Assembly: GCA_046293555.1 (NCBI GenBank)
Contig: JBKBOT010000009.1
Location: 21,981 to 57,121 of the forward strand
Reading direction: 5' to 3'
Source of the DNA: Pyrobaculum sp.
Lineage (GTDB): Archaea; Thermoproteota; Thermoprotei; Thermoproteales; Thermoproteaceae
Length of the DNA stretch: 35,141 nucleotides
Positions 8,983-17,947 of the stretch are shown in pieces (position 1 is the stretch's first letter; every line of letters starts with the position of its first letter). The notes below the pieces were generated by a model. It did not search any database, was not told the origin of the DNA, and saw only the letters and a list, made by a program, of their open reading frames with translations. The translations under genes were made by a program, and so were the position numbers.

Positions 8983-9965
8983 GTCTTAAACAACAGTTTT
9001 CTCATCTCTGCGCCTACCCCCTCTATTGGGTGCGCCTTAGCATCTTCTAGAAGTCTCCTCAACGTCGGAGCTCCCCGCATATATTCTTCAACCCACTCTC
9101 TGGCAAAGTCGCCGTTTTTCACACGCTCTGCGGCTTTTTTCATCTTTTGTTTTACCTCTTGATCTATTACAAGCGGGCCTACTGTAAGTCCGCCGTATTT
9201 CGCCGTGTCTGAAACGCCGTTTAACATGCCGTAAATACCTCTCTGCCAGATCAGATCCATGATGAGTTTCGCCTCGTTTAACACCTCGAAGTAGGCCACC
9301 TCGGGCTGGTACCCCAGCTCTACGAGAGTCTCAAATCCCTTTCTTATCAACTCCATCAAGCCGCCTACTAACACCACCTGCTCCCCAATTAGGTCTGTCT
9401 CTGTCTCTTCTGCAAATGTGGTCTCGATCACTCCAGCTCTTGTCGCGCCTATACCCTTTGCAATAGCTAGGGCGTATTGTATGGCCATTCCGCTGTAGTT
9501 TTGATATATAGCTACAAGCGCCGGCACGCCTCTCCCGGCTAGATATTCCTCTCTCACAGCCCTGCCCGGCGCCTTAGGCGCAACCATCACCACATCTACA
9601 TAAGGCGGAGGCCTTATGAGGCCGTAGTGGACGTTAAAGCCATGGGCGAAATCCACTACAGCCCCCCTCTTCAGATATGGCTCCACTTGGCTCTGCCAAA
9701 CCTTAGGTTGTTCCATATCTGGAATTAACATCATGACTACGTCTGCCTTCGCCACGGCCTCGTGGATTTCTAACACCTCAAAGCCCTCAGCCCTGGCTGT
9801 ATCCCAAGAGCTGCCGCCCCTCCGTAAGCCCAGTATTACCCGCAAGCCGCTATCTCTGAGATTTAGGGCTTGCGCCCTCCCTTGTATCCCATATCCTATC
9901 ACGGCTACGGTCTTGTCTTTTAAGACCTCAAGAGAGGCGTCGGCGTCTGTATAGATTTTCGCCAT
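8979..9965 (-). CDS. ilvC: Ketol-acid reductoisomerase
   Basis: [42 protein letters not shown]. Confidence 0.96.
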   Translation of the reverse strand: MAKIYTDADASLEVLKDKTVAVIGYGIQGRAQALNLRDSGLRVILGLRRGGSSWDTARAEGFEVLEIHEAVAKADVVMMLIPDMEQPKVWQSQVEPYLKRGAVVDFAHGFNVHYGLIRPPPYVDVVMVAPKAPGRAVREEYLAGRGVPALVAIYQNYSGMAIQYALAIAKGIGATRAGVIETTFAEETETDLIGEQVVLVGGLMELIRKGFETLVELGYQPEVAYFEVLNEAKLIMDLIWQRGIYGMLNGVSDTAKYGGLTVGPLVIDQEVKQKMKKAAERVKNGDFAREWVEEYMRGAPTLRRLLEDAKAHPIEGVGAEMRKLLFKT

Positions 9966-9977
9966 ATCTATAGAAAC

Positions 9978-10208
9978 CTAGTGGTTTATATTTATCTCTA
10001 TTTTTAACACCTCTGGCAGTTTGTCAAGCTTTGAGATAAGCCAGCTGATCTCGTCGGTATTTCCATCTACACTACACGTGATTTTATATATGGAGGTGTC
10101 TGAAGTAATAGACAGGTTTTTTATCTCTACTTTAGCTCTCCGCATTATTGCGATAATGCGGCCCAACGAGTCTAGTGACTTATTTGTGGCCAAGCTAAAA
10201 GTCTTCAT
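9978..10208 (-). CDS. ACT-domain protein, probable acetolactate synthase regulatory subunit
   Basis: 76 aa, LGRII..MRR...I.NL and SKLDKLPEVLKI ACT pattern; lies between ilvB and ilvC. Confidence 0.75.
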   Translation of the reverse strand: MKTFSLATNKSLDSLGRIIAIMRRAKVEIKNLSITSDTSIYKITCSVDGNTDEISWLISKLDKLPEVLKIEININH

Positions 10209-11970
10209 ATATCAGCTTTGTGTTCATGCCTTGTGGAAGGATTGCTGAGGTCAGCCACTCTCCTGGCTTCACCCAAGGCAGCACTATATCTATTTCTGGA
10301 TCTATCGTGAGGTCTACTACTAGCGGCTCGCCGTTTTTCAAGGCCTTGGCCACGGCTTTTTCTAGCTGTTCATAAGTCTCGGGCCTTACGGCATCTATGT
10401 CATAAGCTTCGGCAATTTTTAGAAAATCTGGCCTATTGCTAAACTCCGTGGCGATTATCCTTCTCCTATATAGAAATATCTGCCATTGTTTTACCAGCTG
10501 GAGACTTCTGTTGTCAAAAATCACCACCACTATGGGCAAGTCGTAATCTCTGACTAACGCCAGGTTGTTCATAGTCATCTGAAAGGACCCGTCGCCATCT
10601 ATACATAAGACCGGCCTCTCTCTAGCGGCCAGCTTGGCCCCAAGCGACGCGGGTATACAAAAGCCCATAGTGCCGAGGCCAGCCGAGGTGATATAGGTGC
10701 CAGGCATGTAGACATCCCAAGCGATCTCAGTCCACATCTGGTGTGACCCAACCCCGGTGACCGTTATGGCATCTCTCGGAGCCGCCCTTCTTATGGCCTT
10801 AAGCGCCTTCCATGGGTGGAAGCTTGGCGTAGAGTCGGCAATTTTTGCCATAACTTTTTCATACTCTTCCCTTATGTCTAGTAGCCACTTGATAAATCTA
10901 GAGTCATGTCTTGGCGCTATTTGGATTAAATCTATTATCTTTCTTAAGGCCTCTCTGGCGTCACCCACAATGCCTACAGTAGGCTTTATATTCTTTCCAA
11001 TCTCGCTTCTATCTATATCTATATGTATAAATTTAATCTTTCCACTACTGATGCCTTGTGTAAGTTCTTTAAACCTACCCCACGTCCTATCGCTGACTCT
11101 AGTCCCCACGGCGATAATAACATCTGCGTTAGCCAACGTGGCGTCTGCCTCAGCCCTGCCATGCATGCCGGCAGGCCCCATGTAGAGAGGGTAGTCATGA
11201 GGAATTGCGGCCTTGCCAGGCAGAGTGGAGACAATTGGCGCACCTAACATCTTAGATAGTTCTAACACCTCGGTAGTTGCTCCAGACCAGACGACGCCCC
11301 CACCTACGAGGATTACCGGCCTCACGCCTTCAGTTATGTACTTGACTGCAAGTCTGATTTTATCCCCGTCGGGCGGCGGGGGTACAAATTTCTCCATATT
11401 TACCAAAATCCTATCTTCATGATCTGGCGCCATCTCTAGCTGTATGTCACGTGGTAGATCTATTAACGTGGGGCCCGGCCTGCCGGCAATAGAGATCTCG
11501 TATGCAGTCTTAAATGCAGGCACTACCTCAGACGGCTTCCTCACCTGGTAGACAAATTTCGTCACTGGGGTAACTATGCCGAGTATATCCGTCTCCTGGA
11601 ATCCATCTCTCCCGAAAATGCTTGTAGCCACCTGGCCAGTTATCGCCACGACGGGGGTGGAGTCCATATAGGCGTCTGTCATCCCTGTGACTATATTTGT
11701 CGCGCCGGGGCCACTTGTGACAGCCACCACGGCAGGTCTGCCGGAAACCCTGGCGTAACCCTCAGCCGCATGTATCGCGCCTTGTTCGTGGCGAAATAGT
11801 ATAGTCTCTATCTCCTGTTCATAGAGGGCGTCATACAACGTCATTATAGAGCCTCCTGGTATCCCCAAGACGTGTCTGATCTTGTACTGTTTAAAAGTCT
11901 CGACGAGTTTGTCTACTGTCCGTAGGCGATTTCCATCGCGAGCCCCGAAGTTACCCCCGACATTAGGCAA
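10195..11970 (-). CDS. ilvB: Acetolactate synthase large subunit (5' end uncertain, see findings)
   Basis: GIPGG, RHEQGA, TSGPGATN, FQETD, GLGTMG, GDGSFQM TPP-binding motif. Confidence 0.92.
   Translation of the reverse strand: MPNVGGNFGARDGNRLRTVDKLVETFKQYKIRHVLGIPGGSIMTLYDALYEQEIETILFRHEQGAIHAAEGYARVSGRPAVVAVTSGPGATNIVTGMTDAYMDSTPVVAITGQVATSIFGRDGFQETDILGIVTPVTKFVYQVRKPSEVVPAFKTAYEISIAGRPGPTLIDLPRDIQLEMAPDHEDRILVNMEKFVPPPPDGDKIRLAVKYITEGVRPVILVGGGVVWSGATTEVLELSKMLGAPIVSTLPGKAAIPHDYPLYMGPAGMHGRAEADATLANADVIIAVGTRVSDRTWGRFKELTQGISSGKIKFIHIDIDRSEIGKNIKPTVGIVGDAREALRKIIDLIQIAPRHDSRFIKWLLDIREEYEKVMAKIADSTPSFHPWKALKAIRRAAPRDAITVTGVGSHQMWTEIAWDVYMPGTYITSAGLGTMGFCIPASLGAKLAARERPVLCIDGDGSFQMTMNNLALVRDYDLPIVVVIFDNRSLQLVKQWQIFLYRRRIIATEFSNRPDFLKIAEAYDIDAVRPETYEQLEKAVAKALKNGEPLVVDLTIDPEIDIVLPWVKPGEWLTSAILPQGMNTKLIYEDF
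11913..11963 (-). other. 16-codon out-of-frame leader ORF (MSGVTSGLAMEIAYGQ) or frameshifted true N-terminus of ilvB
   Basis: ATG 11963 lies 22 nt from TTTAAATA (11985-11992) but is out of frame with ilvB; TAG at 11913-11915. Confidence 0.5.
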
Positions 11971-12070
11971 ATTGAAAAACCACCTATTTAAACATTTCCA
12001 CATCTATATAGTATATTTAGTGGAATTCCGGCGGCGTTAACAATTTTTAAATGTAGACAGAAATCTAGGC

Positions 12071-12562
12071 GTGTTTGGCAAGATAAAAATGGGTCTAGAG
12101 GAGTGGAAAAAATTAGAAGACGAGCTCACGAGGATTTCTGCCGGCGGGCTGCTTCAAGTAGTGATAAACCTCACTCTCGTCTCTACCGACACGAGTGAAC
12201 ATGAAGAACGCCATGAACATCCCCACGAGGAAGAACATAACGACTTCACCAGAGAGGTGGGCGAGTTGGTCAGATATATTACAGACACCTACAAGACTGG
12301 CGTTTACCCACATGTACATAGCCACCACGGCAACGTCACTTTCTCTATAGCTGGAACTCCAAGAGATCTAATAAAGACACTGCGAGAGGTATTAGAGCAC
12401 GTCAAGCTGAGTTGTGAAAAATGTGTACTCCATACAGTAGATGGAGAGTTTCACCTCGGTGACGACCTTGCGGGGATATATTTTGGAGATGCCTACAAGA
12501 TTACAGTAATTTTGCCTAATAGCGATGGCCGCCGGCTTAAAGTACGCGAACTTCACTTCTAA
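12071..12562 (+). CDS. His-rich hypothetical protein, putative metal binder
   Basis: EHEERHEHPHEEEH tract, HVHSHH, CEKC; TATA-like TTTTAAAT at about 12045-12052. Confidence 0.75.
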   Translation: MFGKIKMGLEEWKKLEDELTRISAGGLLQVVINLTLVSTDTSEHEERHEHPHEEEHNDFTREVGELVRYITDTYKTGVYPHVHSHHGNVTFSIAGTPRDLIKTLREVLEHVKLSCEKCVLHTVDGEFHLGDDLAGIYFGDAYKITVILPNSDGRRLKVRELHF

Positions 12563-12848
12563 GCCTTTCCAAGATACATCTAACGGTACCCAGAATTTCT
12601 GTATCTTGTAGCTTCTCTAGGTCTTCTACAGCTATGTGGGGAAACCCCCCGATCCAGACATGTCTGTGGATAAAAGACACGTCGTCGATACTCCATACGC
12701 ACTTCTTGCCAATTTTTTCCACATCTCTATAGTGGATAACCACATCGCAGTCACAAGGAGTCTCGCAGCCCACTATTTTTGCCAGTAGCGACGGCCCTAC
12801 CAGCGCCGGCACCCCAAGTTCGTATATTTCCCAGTAGAGATTACACAT
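12537..12848 (-). CDS. Cys-rich hypothetical protein, possible minimal nucleotidyltransferase fold
   Basis: LVGPS...DCDVVI resembles the hG[GS]x9-13DhD motif. Confidence 0.6.
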   Translation of the reverse strand: MCNLYWEIYELGVPALVGPSLLAKIVGCETPCDCDVVIHYRDVEKIGKKCVWSIDDVSFIHRHVWIGGFPHIAVEDLEKLQDTEILGTVRCILERLRSEVRVL

Positions 12849-12993
12849 ATAGCTCCGTTGGGTCCATGTCGTCTAGGATAATAAACAGGTTTCGCAATGA
12901 CACTTTCTTAAGCACTTTATCCAACTTTCTTGGGGGTATTTCTATAAATTCCGGCATGCCGACCTCATCTATCTTACTAACATAGATCTTCAC
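12841..12993 (-). CDS. Small hypothetical protein (about 50 aa)
   Basis: GTG 12993 preferred because the track start 13068 overlaps the upstream gene; stop overlaps the next start. Confidence 0.5.
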   Translation of the reverse strand: MKIYVSKIDEVGMPEFIEIPPRKLDKVLKKVSLRNLFIILDDMDPTELYV

Positions 12994-13018
12994 GTGGTAA
13001 AACTTGTGATAAATGTAG

Positions 13019-14293
13019 CTATAGGTAAAGTTCCTCACCTGGCGTGGTGGGGACATATATGTTGTCATACCCCTCTTTAAACATTTGTCTCACTAACGGC
13101 GCCGAGGTTAGGGGGTCTGTGTGTACAAGTACTATCTTCGTATCTACTGGAAACCGCCGTATAAATTTTTCAAGCTCTATGCTTCCCGCATGTGCGCTAA
13201 AGTCAAACCACTCCAGTCTCGCCTCTACTTTTACCACAGTTCCGTCAACTACCGCATAGCCCTTACTTAAGATTTCAAAACCCGGCGTGTTAGGTGCCTG
13301 AAATGAAGGCAGAAAAATCCCGTTCTTTTTGTTAGGCGCAATTTTTTTGAAATAATAGAGGGCAGCTCCGCCTTTTAACATGCCTGCAGGCGTTATGATG
13401 ATAGAAGGCTCCTCCATGACGCCTTTACGCACATATGTATTAGGCACCTCAATAGACACCTCTAGCGCCTTTTTGTATAAAGCTGGGTCCCGTAGTAGAT
13501 GTGGGTACTTCCCCACTATCTGGTTTATCCGTCTGGCAAGCCCGTCGACATAAATCGGATAGCCCAGATCGTGTTTGACAAGAGATAGAAGTAGCTCTTG
13601 CGCTCTGCCTAAAGCAAAGGAGGGTATGAGCACAGTGCCGCCGCTTTCTACCACTTCTATCACCGCGTTGACGAATTCTTTTTCAAGACTCTCACGTGGG
13701 GGGTGGCTAGTGGAGGCGTAGGTGGCCTCCATTATGACTACGTCTGGATCTTTAGGCAGGTTGTACACATCCGCGCCTCTCAACAGATTTGTGTCTACAG
13801 TATTGAAGTCGCCGGTAAACACCACCGTCTTGCCCTCAAGTTCAAACACGCCGATAGCGCTGCCGGGAATATGGCCGGCGTTATATACTGTCAACACGGC
13901 ATCTCTGCCTATCTCTATAGACTCCCCGTAGATTAAGGGATATGCTATTGACATAGTTTCACGCACTTCTTCCTGCGTGTAGGGCAGATAGTACCCTGAA
14001 AGTTTTATGGTGTCTGTATACATCAAGTCGCTTAGCTCCATAGTGAGGGGAGTTGAGTAAAGAGGGGTCTTAGTAGATACATACAACGCCGGAAGGCCGC
14101 CGCTGTGGTCAAGATGTGCATGACTGAGAAAAGCTGCAGTCAAGTCTTTTGGACGTACGTGTAGCGGAAAGACTGGCTTCCCCTCTACGTCAAAGCTAAC
14201 CCCATAGTCTAGCAAAACCCCGTTAGAGGCCGTCTTTATCAACACAGCTAACCTCCCAACCTCTCCAGCGCCTCCCAACAACTTTAGCCTCAC
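13019..14293 (-). CDS. Beta-CASP metallo-beta-lactamase ribonuclease lacking KH domains (aCPSF2-like)
   Basis: GGAGEVGR, SHAHLDH, AGHIPGS, TGDFN, MEATY, FALGRAQE, FSAHA; GTG 14293 is the likely start. Confidence 0.88.
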   Translation of the reverse strand: MRLKLLGGAGEVGRLAVLIKTASNGVLLDYGVSFDVEGKPVFPLHVRPKDLTAAFLSHAHLDHSGGLPALYVSTKTPLYSTPLTMELSDLMYTDTIKLSGYYLPYTQEEVRETMSIAYPLIYGESIEIGRDAVLTVYNAGHIPGSAIGVFELEGKTVVFTGDFNTVDTNLLRGADVYNLPKDPDVVIMEATYASTSHPPRESLEKEFVNAVIEVVESGGTVLIPSFALGRAQELLLSLVKHDLGYPIYVDGLARRINQIVGKYPHLLRDPALYKKALEVSIEVPNTYVRKGVMEEPSIIITPAGMLKGGAALYYFKKIAPNKKNGIFLPSFQAPNTPGFEILSKGYAVVDGTVVKVEARLEWFDFSAHAGSIELEKFIRRFPVDTKIVLVHTDPLTSAPLVRQMFKEGYDNIYVPTTPGEELYL

Positions 14294-14330
14294 TAGTAAA
14301 CACATTAAAAATGTGTGATAAATTTTTTCC

Positions 14331-14447
14331 ATGTCTCCAGAGGTGGAGAGGAGGCTAGACAGGCTAATTGAGCTACATAAAAGGCTGTTGGAATACCTAC
14401 ACGAGCTGAACGACACCCTTACTAAAAGTTTAAATACGTCCACCTAA
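14331..14447 (+). CDS. Small helical protein, 38 aa ([38 protein letters not shown])
   Basis: Hand-translated; TTAAAAA at 14305-14311 before the ATG; heptad-like Leu spacing; fills the gap before rpl24. Confidence 0.55.
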   Translation: MSPEVERRLDRLIELHKRLLEYLHELNDTLTKSLNTST

Positions 14448-14455
14448 CGACGGCC

Positions 14456-14824
14456 ATGCCTCTTTCCACATCCACACAGCCTAGAAAACAGAGACTTAGG
14501 CTACACACCGCGCCGCTACATCTTAGACACAAGCTACTAAACGCCCCCCTGTCGCCAGAGCTACAGAAAAAACTTGGCGTTAAGAGACTCCCCGTGCGGC
14601 GTGGAGATTCCGTGATGATTTTACGTGGCGACTTTAAGGGAGTTTCCGGCAAGGTCGTTAGAGTAGATCTAAAGAGGGCAAGGATATATGTAGAGGGGGC
14701 CACTAGGACTAATAGTAGAGGCCAGACTGTATACTATCCAATACACCCATCTAAAGTCATGATAACTGAGGTAGATACATCCGACAAGGCGAGACAAAAA
14801 ATAATAGAGAGAAGGAAGAAATAA
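14456..14824 (+). CDS. rpl24: 50S ribosomal protein uL24
   Basis: QPRKQR...[21 protein letters not shown] (KOW), PIHPSKVMI. Confidence 0.96.
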   Translation: MPLSTSTQPRKQRLRLHTAPLHLRHKLLNAPLSPELQKKLGVKRLPVRRGDSVMILRGDFKGVSGKVVRVDLKRARIYVEGATRTNSRGQTVYYPIHPSKVMITEVDTSDKARQKIIERRKK

Positions 14825-14825
14825 T

Positions 14826-15539
14826 ATGCACTTACGAAAATCCTTAGCGCCATATTGGTGGCCAATCCCGAGGAAGGTCGGCGGCGTCTGGAGCGTACGG
14901 CCTTCGCCAGGTCCACACAGCTTGGCCTATTCGTTACCTCTAGCTATCGTCGTTAGAGATGTCTTAAAATATGCAAAAACCTTACGAGAGGCTAGATATA
15001 TCATCGCGAGGGGCTACATAAAGGTAGATGGGGTAGTTAGAAAAGACTACAAGTTTCCCGTAGGCCTAATGGACATAGTGGAGGTAGTACCCACCGGAGA
15101 GATCTACCGCCTGGTTCCCGACGGGGATAAGTACTACGCCCTCTTGTCAATTCCATCACAAGAGGCCTCTCTAAAGCCTTTAAGAGTGGAGGGTAAAACC
15201 ACAGTGAGTGGGGGGAGAATTCAGCTTCATTTTCACGATGGTAGAAACCTCATAGTCTCGCCAGATATAGGCCGTGAGATAAAGACTTTCCACACAGTGC
15301 TTTACGACTTGTCTAGCAAGACGATTAGACAATACCTCCCACTAAAGCTTGGGGTCCTCGCCGTAGTTACCCACGGCAGCAACGTGGGCTTTTTGGGACA
15401 AATTGAGGAAATTGTAGAAACGTTAAAGAGGAGGCAGTCTGTGGTGGCCTTAAGACAGGGGGAAGAAATCAGGAGGACAATTTTGAATTACGTAATGCCA
15501 ATTGGGGTAGAGACACCTATAGTGAAGATAACGCCCTAG
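14826..15539 (+). CDS. rps4e: 30S ribosomal protein eS4
   Basis: HLRKSLAPYWWPI, PSPGPH, VDGVVRKDYKFPVGLMD, HDGRN. Confidence 0.96.
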   Translation: MHLRKSLAPYWWPIPRKVGGVWSVRPSPGPHSLAYSLPLAIVVRDVLKYAKTLREARYIIARGYIKVDGVVRKDYKFPVGLMDIVEVVPTGEIYRLVPDGDKYYALLSIPSQEASLKPLRVEGKTTVSGGRIQLHFHDGRNLIVSPDIGREIKTFHTVLYDLSSKTIRQYLPLKLGVLAVVTHGSNVGFLGQIEEIVETLKRRQSVVALRQGEEIRRTILNYVMPIGVETPIVKITP

Positions 15540-15958
15540 TTTCCAGACTGCTCTGTGTAGGCCTCCGCCATTTTCTTTGACAGTAGCCTCTCTTCAGTTT
15601 TCCAAAACGCCTCGCCAAAATAATCCAAGGCCTTAACTATATCTCCAAGGCTTATGGCCACAGGTTCGTAGATCTGTACCGTATCCCCCTCTACAATCCA
15701 CCCCTCTACGATTCCCCCCACGGCCCAGTCGTATTTTGCATTTATTACATATCTCCTCTCGAAGGTAGACCCCCTAATCCTGATATATACCGTGGCAATC
15801 CCAAACTCCGTAAAGAATCTAGACACTATTTCTCTATATTTCTCCCCCGGTCTAGGCGCCGGCACTCTCTCCATGTGGATAATGTCGTCCCGCCTCAAGT
15901 CCTCTTCTAGAGTCTGGAGAAGTTTTGACACCGGCTGTCCAGTCCTTTCGATTTTCAT
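15536..15958 (-). CDS. Hypothetical protein
   Basis: 140-aa ORF filling the gap; natural composition, no recognised motif. Confidence 0.7.
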   Translation of the reverse strand: MKIERTGQPVSKLLQTLEEDLRRDDIIHMERVPAPRPGEKYREIVSRFFTEFGIATVYIRIRGSTFERRYVINAKYDWAVGGIVEGWIVEGDTVQIYEPVAISLGDIVKALDYFGEAFWKTEERLLSKKMAEAYTEQSGN

Positions 15959-15977
15959 AAGATAGAGATTTCTGTTA

Positions 15978-16937
15978 TTAATAAAGCCAACACGCCACGT
16001 GGTGCCCCCGCCTTGCCTCTACGAGTTGTGGCTCCTCTTTGTCGCACCTGCCCTTTATGAAGTAGGGACAACGTGGGTGGAATCTACAGCCAGAAGGCGG
16101 GTTAATCAAGCTGGGCGGCTCGCCCGTCGGCACTTTTCTCATCTTAAACCTGTTGGCTGGGTCTGGATCTGGCAGAGCCTCGATTAACGCCTGTGTATAT
16201 GGATGTAGAGGCTCTTTAACCACATCCCTAAAGGGCCCGTATTCTACCATCTTGCCGGCGTACATAACCAACACCTTGTCTGCTAGATATTTCGCCGTCG
16301 CTATGTCGTGCGTAATATACATCATCGCAATGTTAAATTTCGACTGGAGTGATCTTATCAACGAGAGAATTTCGGCTCTAATAGACACGTCGAGCATGGT
16401 CACTGGCTCGTCTGCCACTACAAACCTGGGCCTTGTGATTAACGCCCTGGCTATTCCCACCCGCTGTCTCTGACCGCCGCTGAGCATATGTGGGTATTTT
16501 TTTAGAAAATCTTCCGGGGGGGTAAGACGCACCTCTTCAAGCGCCTTTATGACTCTCTCCAGTCTCTCAGATGGCGGGACGTCTCTTAAGATAAGCGGCT
16601 CTTCAAGTATGTACTGTGCCGTGTGGTATGGGTTTAGAGAGCCAAAGGGGTCTTGGAAAATCATTGCCGTAGAGAAACGGTACCACTTAAGTCTAGACTC
16701 TGTGAGATTTGTGACATCCCTCCCGTCGAATATTATCTTGCCGGAAGTGGGCTTCACAAGTCTTAACACAGTTCTGCCGAGAGTAGTTTTCCCAGAGCCG
16801 GACTCCCCAATTACCGCCAGGACTTCGCCGGGCTTGAGAGTAAAGCTAACTCCATCTACCGCCTTTACGTGTTGTATAGATCCAAATAGCCGTTTTCTAA
16901 CTGGAAACCAGGTCTTGAGGTTAGAGACTTCCAACAT
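15978..16937 (-). CDS. Oligopeptide/dipeptide ABC transporter ATPase (OppF/DppF-like)
   Basis: GESGSGKT, LSGGQRQR, ADEP, C-terminal GCRFHPRC...ACW Cys motif. Confidence 0.9.
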   Translation of the reverse strand: MLEVSNLKTWFPVRKRLFGSIQHVKAVDGVSFTLKPGEVLAVIGESGSGKTTLGRTVLRLVKPTSGKIIFDGRDVTNLTESRLKWYRFSTAMIFQDPFGSLNPYHTAQYILEEPLILRDVPPSERLERVIKALEEVRLTPPEDFLKKYPHMLSGGQRQRVGIARALITRPRFVVADEPVTMLDVSIRAEILSLIRSLQSKFNIAMMYITHDIATAKYLADKVLVMYAGKMVEYGPFRDVVKEPLHPYTQALIEALPDPDPANRFKMRKVPTGEPPSLINPPSGCRFHPRCPYFIKGRCDKEEPQLVEARRGHHVACWLY

Positions 16938-17075
16938 GTTTAATACAGCCAGCAAGCCACCTCGCCGTTTTCAACACGGCTAACTGGCGGCTCTTCTCTT
17001 TCGCACCTGCCCTTTATGAAGTAGGGACAACGTGGGTGGAATCTACAGCCAGAAGGCGGGTTAATCAAGCTGGGC
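16042..17075. repeat. Perfect 75-bp direct repeat, copies at 16042-16116 and 17001-17075
   Basis: Both copies read tcgcacctgccctttatgaagtagggacaacgtgggtggaatctacagccagaaggcgggttaatcaagctgggc. Confidence 0.92.
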
Positions 17076-17908
17076 ACGTCGCCGGGTATATGTTCGATAG
17101 TTTTTTCTTCACGTAGCGTAGGTATCGCCGCGAGGAGTTTTTGCGAGTATGGATGTCTCGGCTTGTGGAAAAAGGTATCTGCCGTGGCTAACTCCACCAG
17201 CTTTCCGGCATACATCACGCCCACTTTATCCGCAATTTCTGAAGCCAGCGCTATGTCGTGTGTTATCATGATATAGGAGAGGTCATAACTCTTCTTTAAG
17301 TCTTTTAGTAGATTCATGATATTTGCCTGTGTAATTACATCTAGCGCAGAGGTGGGCTCGTCAAGAATCACAAGTCTGGGTCTCATCATAATGGCCATGG
17401 CGATGACTACTCTTTGCCTCATGCCTCCAGATAGCTCAAAGGGGTATCTCGCCATCACCTCTTTAGCAAGCCCTACGGAGCGGAGTGCCTCCTCGGCCAT
17501 CTTTATTGCCTCTACCTTAGAAAGACCTAGATGTAATAAAAGGGGCTCTACCATCTGGTCCTGTATTCTCAAAATGGGGTTTAGCGCGTTCATAGAGGCC
17601 TGGAAGACCATAGAGATTTTTTTCCAGCGTATTTTTTTCCGTATCTCCTCTTCAGACATCTTCGCGATGTCTACCACGCCTAGCTCGTCGTCATGAAGCA
17701 AAATCTCGCCGCTGTACTCTCCCACGTTTTTAGGCAAGAGCTTTATTATTGTGAATGCAAGAGAGCTCTTTCCACAACCGCTCTCCCCAACTATCGCCAT
17801 GGCCTCCCCCCTGTTTAAAACAAACGAGATGTTATCCACAGCCCTGACTGTGCCCCTACTTGTGTTATAATACATCTTTACATTGCGTAACTCCAATAAA
17901 GGAGGCAC
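16940..17908 (-). CDS. Oligopeptide/dipeptide ABC transporter ATPase (OppD/DppD-like)
   Basis: GESGCGKS, LSGGMRQR, LDEPTSALD, GCRFHPRC; GTG 17908 likely start because the track start overlaps the divergent gene. Confidence 0.9.
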   Translation of the reverse strand: MPPLLELRNVKMYYNTSRGTVRAVDNISFVLNRGEAMAIVGESGCGKSSLAFTIIKLLPKNVGEYSGEILLHDDELGVVDIAKMSEEEIRKKIRWKKISMVFQASMNALNPILRIQDQMVEPLLLHLGLSKVEAIKMAEEALRSVGLAKEVMARYPFELSGGMRQRVVIAMAIMMRPRLVILDEPTSALDVITQANIMNLLKDLKKSYDLSYIMITHDIALASEIADKVGVMYAGKLVELATADTFFHKPRHPYSQKLLAAIPTLREEKTIEHIPGDVPSLINPPSGCRFHPRCPYFIKGRCEREEPPVSRVENGEVACWLY

Positions 17909-17947
17909 ATCACCTCTAAATAATACTATATATATACTTACTGCTTT

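Noticed and set aside
14294-14443. N-terminal extension of the beta-CASP ORF in the track
   Set aside because: Precedes the conserved N-terminal motif, spans promoter elements and is antisense to a better 38-aa ORF
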